Made by a program: the position numbers and the translations under genes. A stretch of DNA of 64,000 nt from contig CAIKYX010000260.1 of the NCBI GenBank assembly GCA_903831745.1, forward strand, positions 16,433-80,432, in the 5' to 3' direction. Positions 17,946-28,607 of the stretch are shown in pieces. The notes under the pieces are model-generated. The model ran no database searches. It saw only the letters and a program-made list of their open reading frames with translations, and was not told the DNA's origin. The first letter of the stretch is position 1. Each line of letters starts with the position of its first letter. This stretch comes from Oligoflexia bacterium (GTDB lineage Bacteria; Bdellovibrionota; UBA1018; CAIMNF01).

Positions 17946-19973
17946 ATGAGCGAAAAAGACCTGTTTTTGAATCGAGATTTAAGCTGGTTGGAGTTCAATG
18001 CCCGGGTCCTGAATGAGGCCATGGACGAACGCACCCCCTTGTTCGAAAGGGTGAAGTTTCTAGGCATTTTTCAGAGCAATCTCGATGAATATTTCATGAA
18101 AAGAATGGGCTCACTTTACTCACACGCCCGAGTGCATTTTCGTGAGCGCTTGCTGCCACTGCTCGAAATGGCCCACGAATCCTTTGAAAAAGAGACTCAG
18201 ACTGCGCTGAAAAAGGAAGGAATCGAGCTCCTTTTCTGGAATGAACTCACCGATGAAGAGAAAAAGCGCGCATCGCATTTCTATCAAACCAATATTTTTC
18301 CGGTACTCACTCCCCTTTCAGTCGATTCGGGACATCCGTTTCCGTTTCTTTCGAATCTTTCGATTTCACTCGGCGTGTTTCTCAAACATCCCGATCACGA
18401 CGAAGAAGAGCTCTTTGCCCGACTGAAAATTCCGAGTCACTTTCAGCAGTGGATCCGAATTGACGGAAGAAAAGATTCAAAACATGTTCGTTTTGTCTCG
18501 ATCATCGAAATCATTCTCAATCACCTCTCGTCACTTTTTCATGGCATGGAGATTTTAGAGATCATGCCTTTTCGGGTAACCAGAAATACCAACATCGAGC
18601 ATGATGCTGAAGAATCCGACGACCTGATGGAACTCATTTCGGAAGAATTGAAGGAACGTCGCTTCGGAGATGTCGTCAGACTCGAGTACTGGGGCAAGCC
18701 GAATCAATACATGCTCGAGTTATTGAAAGAATACCTTTCACTCGATGAAGACCAGATTTACGAAGTAAAAGGCCTGCTTGAATACAATTCGCTGAAACCC
18801 GTCTGGGAACTCGCGAGGCCCGAACTCAAGTATGAACCGTGGATACCGGTCCCTCCTCCTGCACTCAGCGATCCGGAGCGGGATATCTTTCAGGCGATCA
18901 AGCAACACGATATTCTGGTGCACCACCCTTACGAAAGCTTTACCGCATCGGTAGAACGCTTCATCCGCGCGGCGGTCGATGATCCGAAAGTGACCGCGAT
19001 CAAGATGACCCTCTATCGAGTGGGCGCCGACAGTCCGCTGATTCCTCTTCTGATCAAAGCAGCCGAAATGGGAAAAAACATTGTTTGCCTCGTTGAATTG
19101 AAAGCCCGCTTTGATGAAGAAAAGAACATCCTGGTCGCTCAACGACTCGAAGAAGCGGGCGCCCACGTCGTGTATGGAGTCATCGGACTAAAGACCCATT
19201 GCAAACTCTCGCTCGTCGTCAGGCAAGAAGGCGAAGAAATGCGGTGTTACGCACATATCGGCACCGGAAACTATCATGCGGTAACTGCTCGCCTCTATAC
19301 CGATCTCGGTCTCTTCACGACGAAGAAAGATATCGTCGATGATGTCGTGAACCTGTTTCATTTTCTCACCGGCCGTTCGACCAAAAAAGACTACAAAAAA
19401 CTGCTCGTGGCACCTTTATCGATGAAGGATATTTTTCTGAAAAAGATCCATCGCGAAACGGCGCATGCAAAAAAAGGCCAACCCGCGCGAATCATTGCAA
19501 AGGTGAACAGCCTCGACGACCGCGAAATATCGCTAGCGCTTTATGAAGCATCAAAAGCCGGAGTCAAAGTCGATCTGATCATCCGGGGGTTTTGCTGCTT
19601 GCGCCCCGGCCTACCGGGCTTAAGTGAAAACATCAAAGTCATCTCGATTATCGGGCGTTTTCTAGAACACTCGAGAATTTTCTATTTTCAAAATGGCGAA
19701 ACGGATCCGGTCCGCGGCGAATTTTTTATCGGTTCGGCCGATTGGATGCACCGTAACCTACATGCGCGGGTCGAAGCCTGCGTGCCGATTGAAGAACCCC
19801 TGCACCGCGAACGCATCTTCGAAATCCTGAACCTGATGATCGAAGACCATCGCCAAGGCTGGGAAATGAACGAACATGGCGCGTACCTTCGTCGCAAAGT
19901 AAAAAACCTGAAGAAGGAAATCGGAATTCACCAGACGCTCATGCAAAAAGCTAGGGCTCGCGGGCCACTTTAG
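17946..19973 (+). CDS. ppk: Polyphosphate kinase 1
   Basis: 675 aa with the typical PPK1 N-terminus (FLNRDLSWLEFNARVLNEA…) and conserved H/D-rich PLD-like C-terminal domains. Confidence 0.9.
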   Translation: MSEKDLFLNRDLSWLEFNARVLNEAMDERTPLFERVKFLGIFQSNLDEYFMKRMGSLYSHARVHFRERLLPLLEMAHESFEKETQTALKKEGIELLFWNELTDEEKKRASHFYQTNIFPVLTPLSVDSGHPFPFLSNLSISLGVFLKHPDHDEEELFARLKIPSHFQQWIRIDGRKDSKHVRFVSIIEIILNHLSSLFHGMEILEIMPFRVTRNTNIEHDAEESDDLMELISEELKERRFGDVVRLEYWGKPNQYMLELLKEYLSLDEDQIYEVKGLLEYNSLKPVWELARPELKYEPWIPVPPPALSDPERDIFQAIKQHDILVHHPYESFTASVERFIRAAVDDPKVTAIKMTLYRVGADSPLIPLLIKAAEMGKNIVCLVELKARFDEEKNILVAQRLEEAGAHVVYGVIGLKTHCKLSLVVRQEGEEMRCYAHIGTGNYHAVTARLYTDLGLFTTKKDIVDDVVNLFHFLTGRSTKKDYKKLLVAPLSMKDIFLKKIHRETAHAKKGQPARIIAKVNSLDDREISLALYEASKAGVKVDLIIRGFCCLRPGLPGLSENIKVISIIGRFLEHSRIFYFQNGETDPVRGEFFIGSADWMHRNLHARVEACVPIEEPLHRERIFEILNLMIEDHRQGWEMNEHGAYLRRKVKNLKKEIGIHQTLMQKARARGPL

Positions 19974-21738
19974 CCTTCAGCGCTTCGCACCGACTCAGGG
20001 GATAAAAGTAATTAGCCAACCCAAACCCGATGACGAGCGCAATCAGGTGATTGAGCGTAATCACGCTATTTTGATAAATCGCCGCAACCACAATCGAGAG
20101 CGCTAACGCAATATAGACGGGTCGCCTACACTTTAGAAAATAAATGAAAACCGCGATACACGAAAAAATTCCGAGCGAGGCCCCCACGTCGAGCTCTTCC
20201 GAAAAAAGCTGAAATGCCGTGGGCGCCAACAAACGGATCCAAGGCAGAAAAAAGATCGACGTGAGAAGGTTCGAGAGAAGCATTCCCGCAGTAAAAGTCA
20301 TGCCGACAAAGAAAGACCCGACCAGAATTTCGAGATAGCCCACCACCACCACCAGCAAAGTGCTGTTAAAAATGATGTGCACATGATTGAAATGCAGAAA
20401 AGAAGGAAGAAAAAAATAATCGATCGATTGAAAGTGAAAACGATTTTGCACGAGCCTGGTCCACTGGTAAGCGTAGGTATTCGCGAAACGAGGCAGGAGA
20501 TTTCCTTTGTCGTCGTTAGCGACAATAAAAAACATGATATTGATGGCATTGATCGAGAGCGTGAACTTCGCCTTGATGATCATTTCGGCAAGACTCTTTG
20601 GAAATCGTCTCAGAATCACGTTCGGTGAAAACATTCGATTCAACGTTTTTTCGACTTGAATCGCCTTGATTTTCTTCCAAAATCCGCCCAGGGCAGTCCG
20701 CCAGATTCCCTGAGGCAAAATCACACTCGAAAGCCCGTAGAGACTGGTCGGGCGCAACGATGGTGTCGAGGCGATCAGGTACTGCGGCTCCCAGGTCGTC
20801 GGCTTGAATTTGTCCTTATAGGCATGGAGGGATTTAAAATTATAAAATAGGTTCATTTTCTCGAACGAGTAATTCATGAACCGATAAGCGAGTGGATGAA
20901 ACGGAAATTCATCCGGAAGTGTCGGCGTAAGCGGTGCCATTCCGAGCGTCACCTCTTCTGCACCTTCTTTTTTTAATTGTTCCATCGCTTCCGCAATCAA
21001 GAATTCGGTGGTTCCGGGCGGGCAATGATCGGCCCGGATCAGATCGACCAAATACCAGGCTTTTCTGCCGGCAACCGGAGTGGCGGCAAGGTACCCCATC
21101 TGCCGACCATTATAGATCATTCGAAAGTATTTTTTGTGCTCGCTTTGAACCCAAGGCTCGAGCCGATTCAGAAACTTCAGGGGCGAGATCTTCCGACTCT
21201 CGAGCCACTCGTGCGTTAACGCCTCGAGTTCGGTGTGCTCGCGCGCAGTCAATTTCTTCGGAATGAAGGCTTCAGCAACCGCCCCCTTCTGAAACAGGTG
21301 TTTTGCGGAATGAATTTTCTGCAGGATTTCGCGACGAGGATCCTGCATGCTCTTGATCGAATACCAAGGTTCACTGCCCGCCTGAATGGCAAAATAACCT
21401 TTTTCGCGCATTTTTGAAGCCAAGGCTTTCGATGCAGGCAAGAGCACACAGGTCTTTTTCAATTTTTTGGATTCTTCAAAAAATCGAATCAGCGACTCCG
21501 CAGCCAAAGCGAGTTCGGTCTCAGCAGTGAATTCGTGGCCATGGAAAGAAATGATGGGGCTCGATGCAGCGACCCGGACTTTTGGCGCCTCCATGTACGG
21601 AATAATCACGGAATATTCGGCTTCGTCCAGGCGGTAATAGGCAAACCCCGAATACAAAGTCAGAAACGCCGTACTCGATTTAGCATGCTTGAGGATAAAA
21701 TCAGTAGTCTCTTTTGAGGGGTGTTTGCGATTTGGCAT
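19951..21738 (-). CDS. DUF2156 (aminoacyl-phosphatidylglycerol synthase C-terminal-domain-like) protein fused to a C-terminal polytopic membrane domain
   Basis: 595 aa. The N-terminal ~400 aa are soluble and DUF2156/GNAT-like (…GYLAATPVAGRKAWYLVDLIRADHCPPGTTEFLIAEAMEQL…). The C-terminal ~190 aa carry 5-6 predicted TM helices. Its 3' end overlaps ppk convergently by 23 nt. Confidence 0.5.
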   Translation of the reverse strand: MPNRKHPSKETTDFILKHAKSSTAFLTLYSGFAYYRLDEAEYSVIIPYMEAPKVRVAASSPIISFHGHEFTAETELALAAESLIRFFEESKKLKKTCVLLPASKALASKMREKGYFAIQAGSEPWYSIKSMQDPRREILQKIHSAKHLFQKGAVAEAFIPKKLTAREHTELEALTHEWLESRKISPLKFLNRLEPWVQSEHKKYFRMIYNGRQMGYLAATPVAGRKAWYLVDLIRADHCPPGTTEFLIAEAMEQLKKEGAEEVTLGMAPLTPTLPDEFPFHPLAYRFMNYSFEKMNLFYNFKSLHAYKDKFKPTTWEPQYLIASTPSLRPTSLYGLSSVILPQGIWRTALGGFWKKIKAIQVEKTLNRMFSPNVILRRFPKSLAEMIIKAKFTLSINAINIMFFIVANDDKGNLLPRFANTYAYQWTRLVQNRFHFQSIDYFFLPSFLHFNHVHIIFNSTLLVVVVGYLEILVGSFFVGMTFTAGMLLSNLLTSIFFLPWIRLLAPTAFQLFSEELDVGASLGIFSCIAVFIYFLKCRRPVYIALALSIVVAAIYQNSVITLNHLIALVIGFGLANYFYPLSRCEALKAKVAREP

Positions 21739-21744
21739 GATTCC

Positions 21745-22830
21745 TTAACCCCTGAGCCCGTTGATTTGGGGATGATTAGGGCAAAATAATTTTGCCTGAA
21801 AAATCCAATTCACTTTTTCTTCGGGTGACGATAGTTCGATCAGCCCCAGATAAGTTGCTGGATCGCATGGATGAGACACCAACACCCGCTTGTAATTCTC
21901 GATCGCGCGCGCGGAATCTCCCTTGATTTCGTACATCTTGGCCAGGCATTTTCTAAGCTCCCAGCGCTCTCCGTCTTTCTTCAATAGCGCTTGCACCCGC
22001 TTTTCGGTACCCTTCGGATCGATTTTAATCAGGGCCTTAAATTCGACCAGAAGATCGCGAATTTCCCATCCATAGAGAATTCTTCTCGAAAGCGCACTCA
22101 AAATTTCGTCTGGCCCGTTAGAAATGTCATAGTAAAGATCGGTAAAGAGCCTGAAGGGTTCGACTTCGTGGGTTGCCGTACTGAGCAACAAGTATGGCGT
22201 CTGAATACCGGCTGTGGTCTTTTTATAATGCGCTAGATAATCGATCAGTTTTTTTGAAAGTGAACCAGGTTCAATCAGGATTCCACCGACACGGAAGGAA
22301 TGGATTGCAAGGTATTCCTGCAAACCTTCGAGTGAATCGAGAACATTGACTTCCTGCCAGTGCATCGGCAAGTTTTTTACCAGAATTGCCTCGAAAAAAC
22401 CGGAGGAATGTTGTGATCCAAAATAGATCAATCGATTTCGAAGCAGCGATCGCCGTTCGTGTGCCAGCGCAATGCACTGCTTAAGATGCTGAAATGTAAA
22501 GGGCCTCATCAGCTCTCGATCAATTCGAGAAAGGTCCTGAGAGTGAAAACTGAGAAAAGGAATTTTCGGTGAACGATTGGAAACAAATATAAGAGGTACA
22601 AAATTGAGTTCGCTCTTTTGGATGATCAATCGGGCCAATGGAAGATCCGAATTTCCTTCCTCGACCACTTCAAAAATGATGAGTTTGATCTGATCATTGT
22701 ACTTTTCGAAAAAAAAGCTCGCTTCATCAACGTGATGGGTGATGAGTGCCTGGTGATACCCCAGTCCCGAAATCATCGAACTCAAAGCTTTGCTGAAAAC
22801 CTCATTTTCTGAGACGATAATAGCGATCAT
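21745..22830 (-). CDS. Degenerate receiver (pseudo-REC) domain protein with C-terminal TPR-like repeats
   Basis: 361 aa. The N-terminus MIAIIVSENEVFSKALSSMISGLGY has receiver topology but SE replaces the DD acid pocket. The C-terminus contains TPR-like helices (…AKMYEIKGDSARAIENYKRVLVSHPCDPATYLGLIEL). Confidence 0.4.
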   Translation of the reverse strand: MIAIIVSENEVFSKALSSMISGLGYHQALITHHVDEASFFFEKYNDQIKLIIFEVVEEGNSDLPLARLIIQKSELNFVPLIFVSNRSPKIPFLSFHSQDLSRIDRELMRPFTFQHLKQCIALAHERRSLLRNRLIYFGSQHSSGFFEAILVKNLPMHWQEVNVLDSLEGLQEYLAIHSFRVGGILIEPGSLSKKLIDYLAHYKKTTAGIQTPYLLLSTATHEVEPFRLFTDLYYDISNGPDEILSALSRRILYGWEIRDLLVEFKALIKIDPKGTEKRVQALLKKDGERWELRKCLAKMYEIKGDSARAIENYKRVLVSHPCDPATYLGLIELSSPEEKVNWIFQAKLFCPNHPQINGLRG

Positions 22831-22867
22831 AAGTGCTAACCCATATTCTATATTGAGACCTTGATCT

Positions 22868-23668
22868 ATGAGAACTAAAAGCGACCGGATTCTGAAAGTG
22901 TTTTACGTCATTTTTTTATTGCTGGCAGATTCGAACTCGGCGCGGGCTGCTGATCAGGAATCAGGCCACGACTTCTCGACCGTCAAAAGCCCTCGCACTG
23001 AAACAGTTCTGAAACTGGCCAAAGAAATGTCGGCACCCACTTCAATTCTGGGCAAACTACAGGAAGATGACCGGTTTCAGTTGCAATGCCTCGAGACCGA
23101 AGGAAATGCCACGTACATCGGCGTAAAACAGCTTCTCGACATCCACGCCAGCCTGAGCGCTGTCGATGCCGTGATCATGGCGATCAACGAGTATCACGAC
23201 TTGTTTCCCGGTTATAAGGAAACCAAGATCTCGGATCGGGCGGGCACCAAATTATTGACTTACTGGGAGCAAATCGTTCCGGTACCCTTTGTACCGAACA
23301 TCAAATATGAAGTGGTCTACGAACTCGAACAGCCCAGCCCAGAGCAACGACTCTATCGTTATCACTTACACAAGCCCACCCAGCTCAAAGCCAGTGACGG
23401 ATTCATTCTCATCCGGCAGGTAAACGAGCACCTCACCCACTATCTAGAATATGATTTCTTCGACGCCGACTGGGGAATGGCCAAAATCGCAGGCAAAAGT
23501 GCAATCTGGGACGACTCGGTCGAAGGACTGATTCATTCTGATCTTGCGGTAAAAATGAAGGCGGAAAACCCAACTTGGACTGCCGATAAGGCCCGCAAAG
23601 AAGCCAAAAAGCTGGTGGATTCGAAATCGGTTTCAAGCTGTTACCAGCAAAGGATCAAACTCAAATAG
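22868..23668 (+). CDS. Secreted hypothetical protein (signal peptide)
   Basis: 266 aa with the signal MRTKSDRILKVFYVIFLLLADSNSARA. No recognised domain. Confidence 0.45.
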   Translation: MRTKSDRILKVFYVIFLLLADSNSARAADQESGHDFSTVKSPRTETVLKLAKEMSAPTSILGKLQEDDRFQLQCLETEGNATYIGVKQLLDIHASLSAVDAVIMAINEYHDLFPGYKETKISDRAGTKLLTYWEQIVPVPFVPNIKYEVVYELEQPSPEQRLYRYHLHKPTQLKASDGFILIRQVNEHLTHYLEYDFFDADWGMAKIAGKSAIWDDSVEGLIHSDLAVKMKAENPTWTADKARKEAKKLVDSKSVSSCYQQRIKLK

Positions 23669-23700
23669 ATGAATAGGTGGATGAATAGGTGTCCGACAAC
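23668..23700. repeat. Tandem 12-bp duplication (GATGAATAGGTG x2) followed by the 12-mer GTGTCCGACAAC. The 15-mer GTTGTCGGACACCTA (reverse complement) recurs in the 59700-59815 repeat array.
   Basis: Direct reading gives 23668-23679 = 23680-23691. The reverse complement of 23686-23700 equals the 15-mer found at 59803-59817. Confidence 0.6.
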
Positions 23701-23745
23701 TTTTGGTTCATCAATGCGTCTAACGCAGTTCTGAACCAAAAGGTG
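23697..23745. terminator. Bidirectional hairpin terminator between the convergent genes 22868..23668(+) and spoVR(-)
   Basis: CAACTTTTGGTTCA (23697-23710) pairs with TGAACCAAAAGGTG (23732-23745) in 13 of 14 positions. The 21-nt loop contains its own mini-hairpin, TGCGTctaACGCA. U-rich flanks are present on both strands. Confidence 0.5.
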
Positions 23746-23756
23746 GGCCCGACCTT

Positions 23757-25247
23757 TTAGTCTTTCGCGATGAATTCGTGATTGGCCGTGTACGTGAAGA
23801 AACGCTTGCGACCTTCAACCAGGGTTTCGATGTGTACGGGACGGGTCCAGATCATGAAGATCGAACGCATGGTTTCGCGCGCATACTTCATGTCGAGATC
23901 GACACCTAAATGCTTGTGGCTAAGCAGAATCTCGCCGCGGTTTTCGAAATTACCATCGACGACGGCAATGTTCGGTTGACCTTGGTTCGTTAGACCCGCC
24001 AGTAACTTATTTTTTACAGATTTGAAATCACGATCAACGATTTCGTGCTGTCCGGTACGCTTGTTGAATTCGTAAGTATAGAGCTTAAAGCGATCGACAA
24101 ACTCGGGAGTCAGATACTCATCGATAAAGGTCACGTCGTTACAAACCTTACGGACTTCAAAAATCTTTTTACGACCCAGGCCCAATTTCTTGTCCCACTT
24201 GTGCTTCTCGCGGATGTCTGAACAATCTTCGTATTCCTTGCCGAATTGCCCGCGGTTCCAGCGGTCTTCGATGTCGCGATAAAGCTCGACCCCAACCTTG
24301 TACGGATTGACCTTACCCGGCTGCATCGCCAGCACGCCTGCATGGTGATCGGCGAAATCGATGATTTCGGAATCGCGAAGTGCTTTCTTCGTCATGATCT
24401 CGGAGTGCCAGTACGACGCCCAACCTTCATTCATGATCTTGGTCTGCATCTGGGGTAAGAAATAATAGGATTCATCACGGATCATGCGAAGCACGTCCTG
24501 CTTCCATTCAGAAATCGGTGAGTTCTCGAGCAAAAACAGCATCACATCGCGCTCGGGATGACTCGGAAAACGAGCTTCTTGCTTGGTTTGTTTCTCGGCA
24601 CGCTTGCGCTGCTCTTCGACAAACTCGGGCGGATTGATGAATTTTTCCATGTAACCGCGATCGACTTTTAAACGACCCCCTTCGGTCGCACGCGGTGCTT
24701 CTGGTTCAGCAGGCGATCGCTTGACCTCGTTGAACGGCAAGTGTGGATCAATCAGATTATCGAGACTCAGGCAAAGGTCGATGAAATTCTCGACTTCGTC
24801 CTGCCCGAACTCGTCCATATAACGTCTGATTCGAACTGCATGGTTCGCCATGGTATCGAGCATTTTTCGGTTCGTTTTCGAGAACCAATAATTGTTCTTA
24901 AAGAAATCGACGTGTCCGTAAACGTGGGCCATGACCGTTTTTTGATCGACGTAAGAATTCGAACTCATCAAGTAGGCGTAGGCGGGGCTGGTGTTGATCA
25001 CCATCTCGTAAATCTTCTGAAGACCCCACTCGTAGCCTTTCGAGTACTGGTCATAATTCATGCCGAAGCGCCAATGGGGATACCGCACCGGAAATCCTTC
25101 TTGTGCAGCCAGTCCGTTGATTGCATCAGACGGCACCATTTCGAAAATGGTTTCAAAAAAGTCGAGCCCGAAGCCTTCGGCGTAACCCTTGATGGCTTCC
25201 TGAAGCTTGGCGAGTTCTGGAGAAAGTTGAGTCGAGCGGATTCCCAT
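23757..25247 (-). CDS. SpoVR-family protein (YcgB-like)
   Basis: 496 aa. The conserved SpoVR N-terminus (…FFETIFEMVPSDAINGLAAQEGFPVRYPHWRFGMNYDQ…) is visible. It is the last gene of the prkA-yeaH-spoVR arrangement. Confidence 0.9.
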   Translation of the reverse strand: MGIRSTQLSPELAKLQEAIKGYAEGFGLDFFETIFEMVPSDAINGLAAQEGFPVRYPHWRFGMNYDQYSKGYEWGLQKIYEMVINTSPAYAYLMSSNSYVDQKTVMAHVYGHVDFFKNNYWFSKTNRKMLDTMANHAVRIRRYMDEFGQDEVENFIDLCLSLDNLIDPHLPFNEVKRSPAEPEAPRATEGGRLKVDRGYMEKFINPPEFVEEQRKRAEKQTKQEARFPSHPERDVMLFLLENSPISEWKQDVLRMIRDESYYFLPQMQTKIMNEGWASYWHSEIMTKKALRDSEIIDFADHHAGVLAMQPGKVNPYKVGVELYRDIEDRWNRGQFGKEYEDCSDIREKHKWDKKLGLGRKKIFEVRKVCNDVTFIDEYLTPEFVDRFKLYTYEFNKRTGQHEIVDRDFKSVKNKLLAGLTNQGQPNIAVVDGNFENRGEILLSHKHLGVDLDMKYARETMRSIFMIWTRPVHIETLVEGRKRFFTYTANHEFIAKD

Positions 25248-26366
25248 TTACTTTCCCTTTCCTAAAAATTCTTTGATCGACTGAAGGATGCCATCTTTGT
25301 TTTCGATCCGTGAGGTGATGACTTCTTCGTTGTCAGAACCGAAAGACTCCTGAAGGTCTTTATAGAACTGTCCCGAGCCATAGCGAGAATCAACCTGTCC
25401 GTAACAGAACACATTCACTTTTTTCAAAAGCGAGTTCTTCATCAGGTCGATACAAAGCTTCGTATCTTCGGTTGACCAGTTATCGCCATCCGAGAAATGA
25501 AACGGATAGATATTCCAATCACTGGGTGGATAATCCTGATTGATGATCTGTTCGCACAATTTGTAAGCCGAGCTGATCAGGGTTCCGCCGCTTTCTCGGG
25601 TTCTAAAAAAGGTGTCTTCATCGACTTCTTTGGCTGTCGCATCGTGAATAATATAGCGGGCTTCGACACCCTTATATTGCGATTTCAGCCAGGTATTGAT
25701 CCAGAATGTTTCCGTACGGACAATATCCTTCTGCTCGTCGCCCATTGAACCCGAAACGTCCATCATGTAGATGATCACGGCCGAGTTTTCGTGTTTAACG
25801 TCTGACTTCCAAGAACGGTAACGTAGGTCTTTCTTGATCGGAATGATGATCGGATTTTCTGGATCGTAAGTTCCGGACGCAATCTGGCGTTTGAGAGCCT
25901 CTTTAAATGTTCGTTTAAAATGTCTGAGCGAATTCGGGCCTTGTGAAGCAATGGCGGTATAACGATCGACTTTCGACTTCAGGGTTTTCTGGCCGCGCGG
26001 TTCGATCTTAGGAAGCGCAAGCTCTTCGCCCAGAATTTCGGCAAGCTCTTCGAGTGTGAATTCGACTTCAAGCCCATGCTCGCCAGGATCAGAACCGGCC
26101 TTTTGATCGCCCTGTCCTGGCTGATTCGGATCACCCTGACCTGGTACCGGATCGCCTGGATTTCCGTCACCCTGTCCGGTTCCGCCTTGGTTTGAACCAA
26201 AACGAAAGCGGGGAATGTCGATCTGAGGCATCGGAATCGTCACGACGTCCTTGCCCTTACGCCCGAACATCTCCGAGTGCTGGATATACTTCTTTAGATC
26301 TTGCTTGACCTTGCCGCGAACGATTTCTCGAAACCGCGCGTGGTCTCTGCGAACGCCATCAATCAC
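25248..26366 (-). CDS. YeaH/DUF444 family protein (vWA-like)
   Basis: 372 aa with a Gly/Pro/Gln-rich N-terminal region and a DUF444 core (…[20 protein letters not shown]…). It overlaps prkA by 8 nt. Confidence 0.85.
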   Translation of the reverse strand: MIDGVRRDHARFREIVRGKVKQDLKKYIQHSEMFGRKGKDVVTIPMPQIDIPRFRFGSNQGGTGQGDGNPGDPVPGQGDPNQPGQGDQKAGSDPGEHGLEVEFTLEELAEILGEELALPKIEPRGQKTLKSKVDRYTAIASQGPNSLRHFKRTFKEALKRQIASGTYDPENPIIIPIKKDLRYRSWKSDVKHENSAVIIYMMDVSGSMGDEQKDIVRTETFWINTWLKSQYKGVEARYIIHDATAKEVDEDTFFRTRESGGTLISSAYKLCEQIINQDYPPSDWNIYPFHFSDGDNWSTEDTKLCIDLMKNSLLKKVNVFCYGQVDSRYGSGQFYKDLQESFGSDNEEVITSRIENKDGILQSIKEFLGKGK

Positions 26367-28428
26367 GTTTTTTTACATCCCCCCGGGCAAAGATGCTCGC
26401 AACAAAATTCAGAACATCGGTAGCCGAGATTTCATCGTAACCAAAGTATTTGATCAGGCGGGCTTTAACCACGTCGATTTTCTCTTGGGTCGCGCGATCG
26501 ACTACATTCGAAACCAGCGAAGTAAGTTTGATCGTGTCTTTTTGATCTTCGAAAAGCTTGAGCTCGAGCGCCTTGTGCAGGCGTTCGTTGGTCTTGTAAT
26601 CGAAAGTCTTGCCTTCGATCGCCAACGCCCCGATGTAGTTCATGACTTCGCGACGGAAGTCATCCTTACGCGCTTCTGGAATGTCGATCTTCTCTTCGAT
26701 CGAGCGCATCAAGCGTTCATCGGCTTCCTCGTCCATACCGGTATATTTGTTACGAACACGTTCACGCTGGGTATACGCCTTGACGTTGTCGATATAGTTT
26801 CCGCAGAGTTTTGCAATTGCATCTTCGTCTGCAGAAATCGCCCGTTGAACTTCGTTTTTAACGATATCTTCGTACTCTTGTTTGACCATGGCGATCAGAT
26901 CGCGGTATTCGCGCTTCTTTTCTTCGCTGCCGATCAAAGCATGATTCTTAAGCCCACTGTCGAGTTCGTTCAGTACCATGAACGGATTCACACAAGGAAT
27001 CTCGCTCTTGACGATCGCATTCGAAATCTTGTCCTGTACGTAACGAGGAGAAACTCCATCGAGACCTTCACGAATCGCTTCTTTGCGGAGTTCTTTTACA
27101 TTCTCCTCGGTAAAGCCCGAAAGGGTCTTGCCGTCATAGAGCTTGAGCTTCTGGATCAACGAGATATTCGCCTTCTTCGGATGCTCGAGACGAGTCAGAA
27201 TCGCCCACATGGCAGCCACTTCGATCGTGTGAGGAGCGATGCTCTTGCCACGAATTCGCTGGGCATTGAAATCCTTCTCGTAAATCTTGATCTCGTGCTT
27301 CAGTTTGGTGATGTAAGGCACGTCGATCTTGACCGTACGGTCGCGAAGCGCTTCCATGAACTCGTTGTTCTGAAGTTTTCGGAACTCGGGTTCATTCGTA
27401 TGACCGATGATCACTTCATCAATGTCAGTCTGTGCAAACTTCTTAGGTTTGATCTTATGCTCTTGTGACGCGGTCAAAAGGTCGTACAAGAACGCCACAT
27501 CGAGCTTCAGAACTTCGATGAATTCGATCACGCCGCGATTTGCAACGCAGAACTCTCCGTCGAAGTTGAACGCGCGCGGATCTGAATCCGAGCCGTATTC
27601 TGCGATCTTGCGGTAATTGATATCACCCGTCAGTTCGGTTGAGTCTTGATTTTTCTCGTCCTTAGGTTGAAAGGTACCGATACCGATACGATCTTTTTCT
27701 GAAAGAAGTACACGAACTACGCGAACGTGGTTCATGACCTGTACCCAGTCGCCATTGTAACGTTTCAGCAACTCACGCATCACGAAACGTGAAGCCGGAT
27801 CGAGGTCGCCCTTGATGGCTACTTTATAGTCGTTCTTCTGACCGCGATTCACTTCTTGAAGTACTTTTGCGCGCATTTCTTCAGGAATCAACTTGAGCGG
27901 ATCTTCGTGCATCGGCGACATCATTTCGACCGCGCCACCAAACAAGGCTTCGCCTTTGCCAGTTGGATCGACCCATTTGAAGGTATAGAGTGCGCCATTA
28001 TCGGTTTTCGAATACGCTTCGATTCCTTTTTTCAGCAAGCGAGCCAAAGTTGATTTTGCAGAACCGACCGGACCATGAAGGAGGAGCACCCGCTTCTCGG
28101 TTCCGTAACCATAGGCTGCGGATTTGAAGAAATTGACGAGTTTCATCGTCTGCACATCGAGGCCGAAAACAGCGTCTTTTCCGGCTTCAATCGGATCTTC
28201 GAAAAATTTATAGTGGGTGATTTCTTTTTTATATTCGGTATACGTCTCAGTACCCCACGACAGAATCATGTCGTACATACGCTGAAATGCGTTCCTCGCA
28301 ATGTTGGGATTCTTCTTCACCATCTCCAGATATTCGAAGAGGTTTCCTTCCCAATGAAGGCTACGGAATTCTTCCTTGGTTTGGATTTCGTTCAGATATT
28401 TCGACCAGTCGTGCGCTGTTTGAGTCAT
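26359..28428 (-). CDS. prkA: PrkA-family serine protein kinase (YeaG-like), AAA+ N-terminal domain
   Basis: 689 aa with the Walker A motif [22 protein letters not shown] and the PrkA C-terminal domain. Confidence 0.9.
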   Translation of the reverse strand: MTQTAHDWSKYLNEIQTKEEFRSLHWEGNLFEYLEMVKKNPNIARNAFQRMYDMILSWGTETYTEYKKEITHYKFFEDPIEAGKDAVFGLDVQTMKLVNFFKSAAYGYGTEKRVLLLHGPVGSAKSTLARLLKKGIEAYSKTDNGALYTFKWVDPTGKGEALFGGAVEMMSPMHEDPLKLIPEEMRAKVLQEVNRGQKNDYKVAIKGDLDPASRFVMRELLKRYNGDWVQVMNHVRVVRVLLSEKDRIGIGTFQPKDEKNQDSTELTGDINYRKIAEYGSDSDPRAFNFDGEFCVANRGVIEFIEVLKLDVAFLYDLLTASQEHKIKPKKFAQTDIDEVIIGHTNEPEFRKLQNNEFMEALRDRTVKIDVPYITKLKHEIKIYEKDFNAQRIRGKSIAPHTIEVAAMWAILTRLEHPKKANISLIQKLKLYDGKTLSGFTEENVKELRKEAIREGLDGVSPRYVQDKISNAIVKSEIPCVNPFMVLNELDSGLKNHALIGSEEKKREYRDLIAMVKQEYEDIVKNEVQRAISADEDAIAKLCGNYIDNVKAYTQRERVRNKYTGMDEEADERLMRSIEEKIDIPEARKDDFRREVMNYIGALAIEGKTFDYKTNERLHKALELKLFEDQKDTIKLTSLVSNVVDRATQEKIDVVKARLIKYFGYDEISATDVLNFVASIFARGDVKKRD

Positions 28429-28607
28429 TTCTTAATCCCTTCGCGGATATTTTTCTGCCGCTGATAACAGTGTAGCCCTTGACGCCGGACCAGCCAACAA
28501 AAGATAAAGGATGAAACAAATTTAAATTAAAAGTATTTAACAAATTTGTCCCGGAAATCTCAGACCGCCACACTTTTGACAGCAAAAAGAAAACTTCAGA
28601 CGACATC

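Noticed and set aside
26251-27468. 405-aa plus-strand ORF
   Set aside because: It is antisense to the well-supported prkA gene and has no domain features. Long antisense ORFs are common in such genes.
28429-28607. Sigma-54 (TGGCAC-N5-TTGCW) promoter for prkA in the divergent region
   Set aside because: No match to the -24/-12 consensus was found on the minus strand. Only a weak TTGACA-like hexamer faces the plus-strand methyltransferase.
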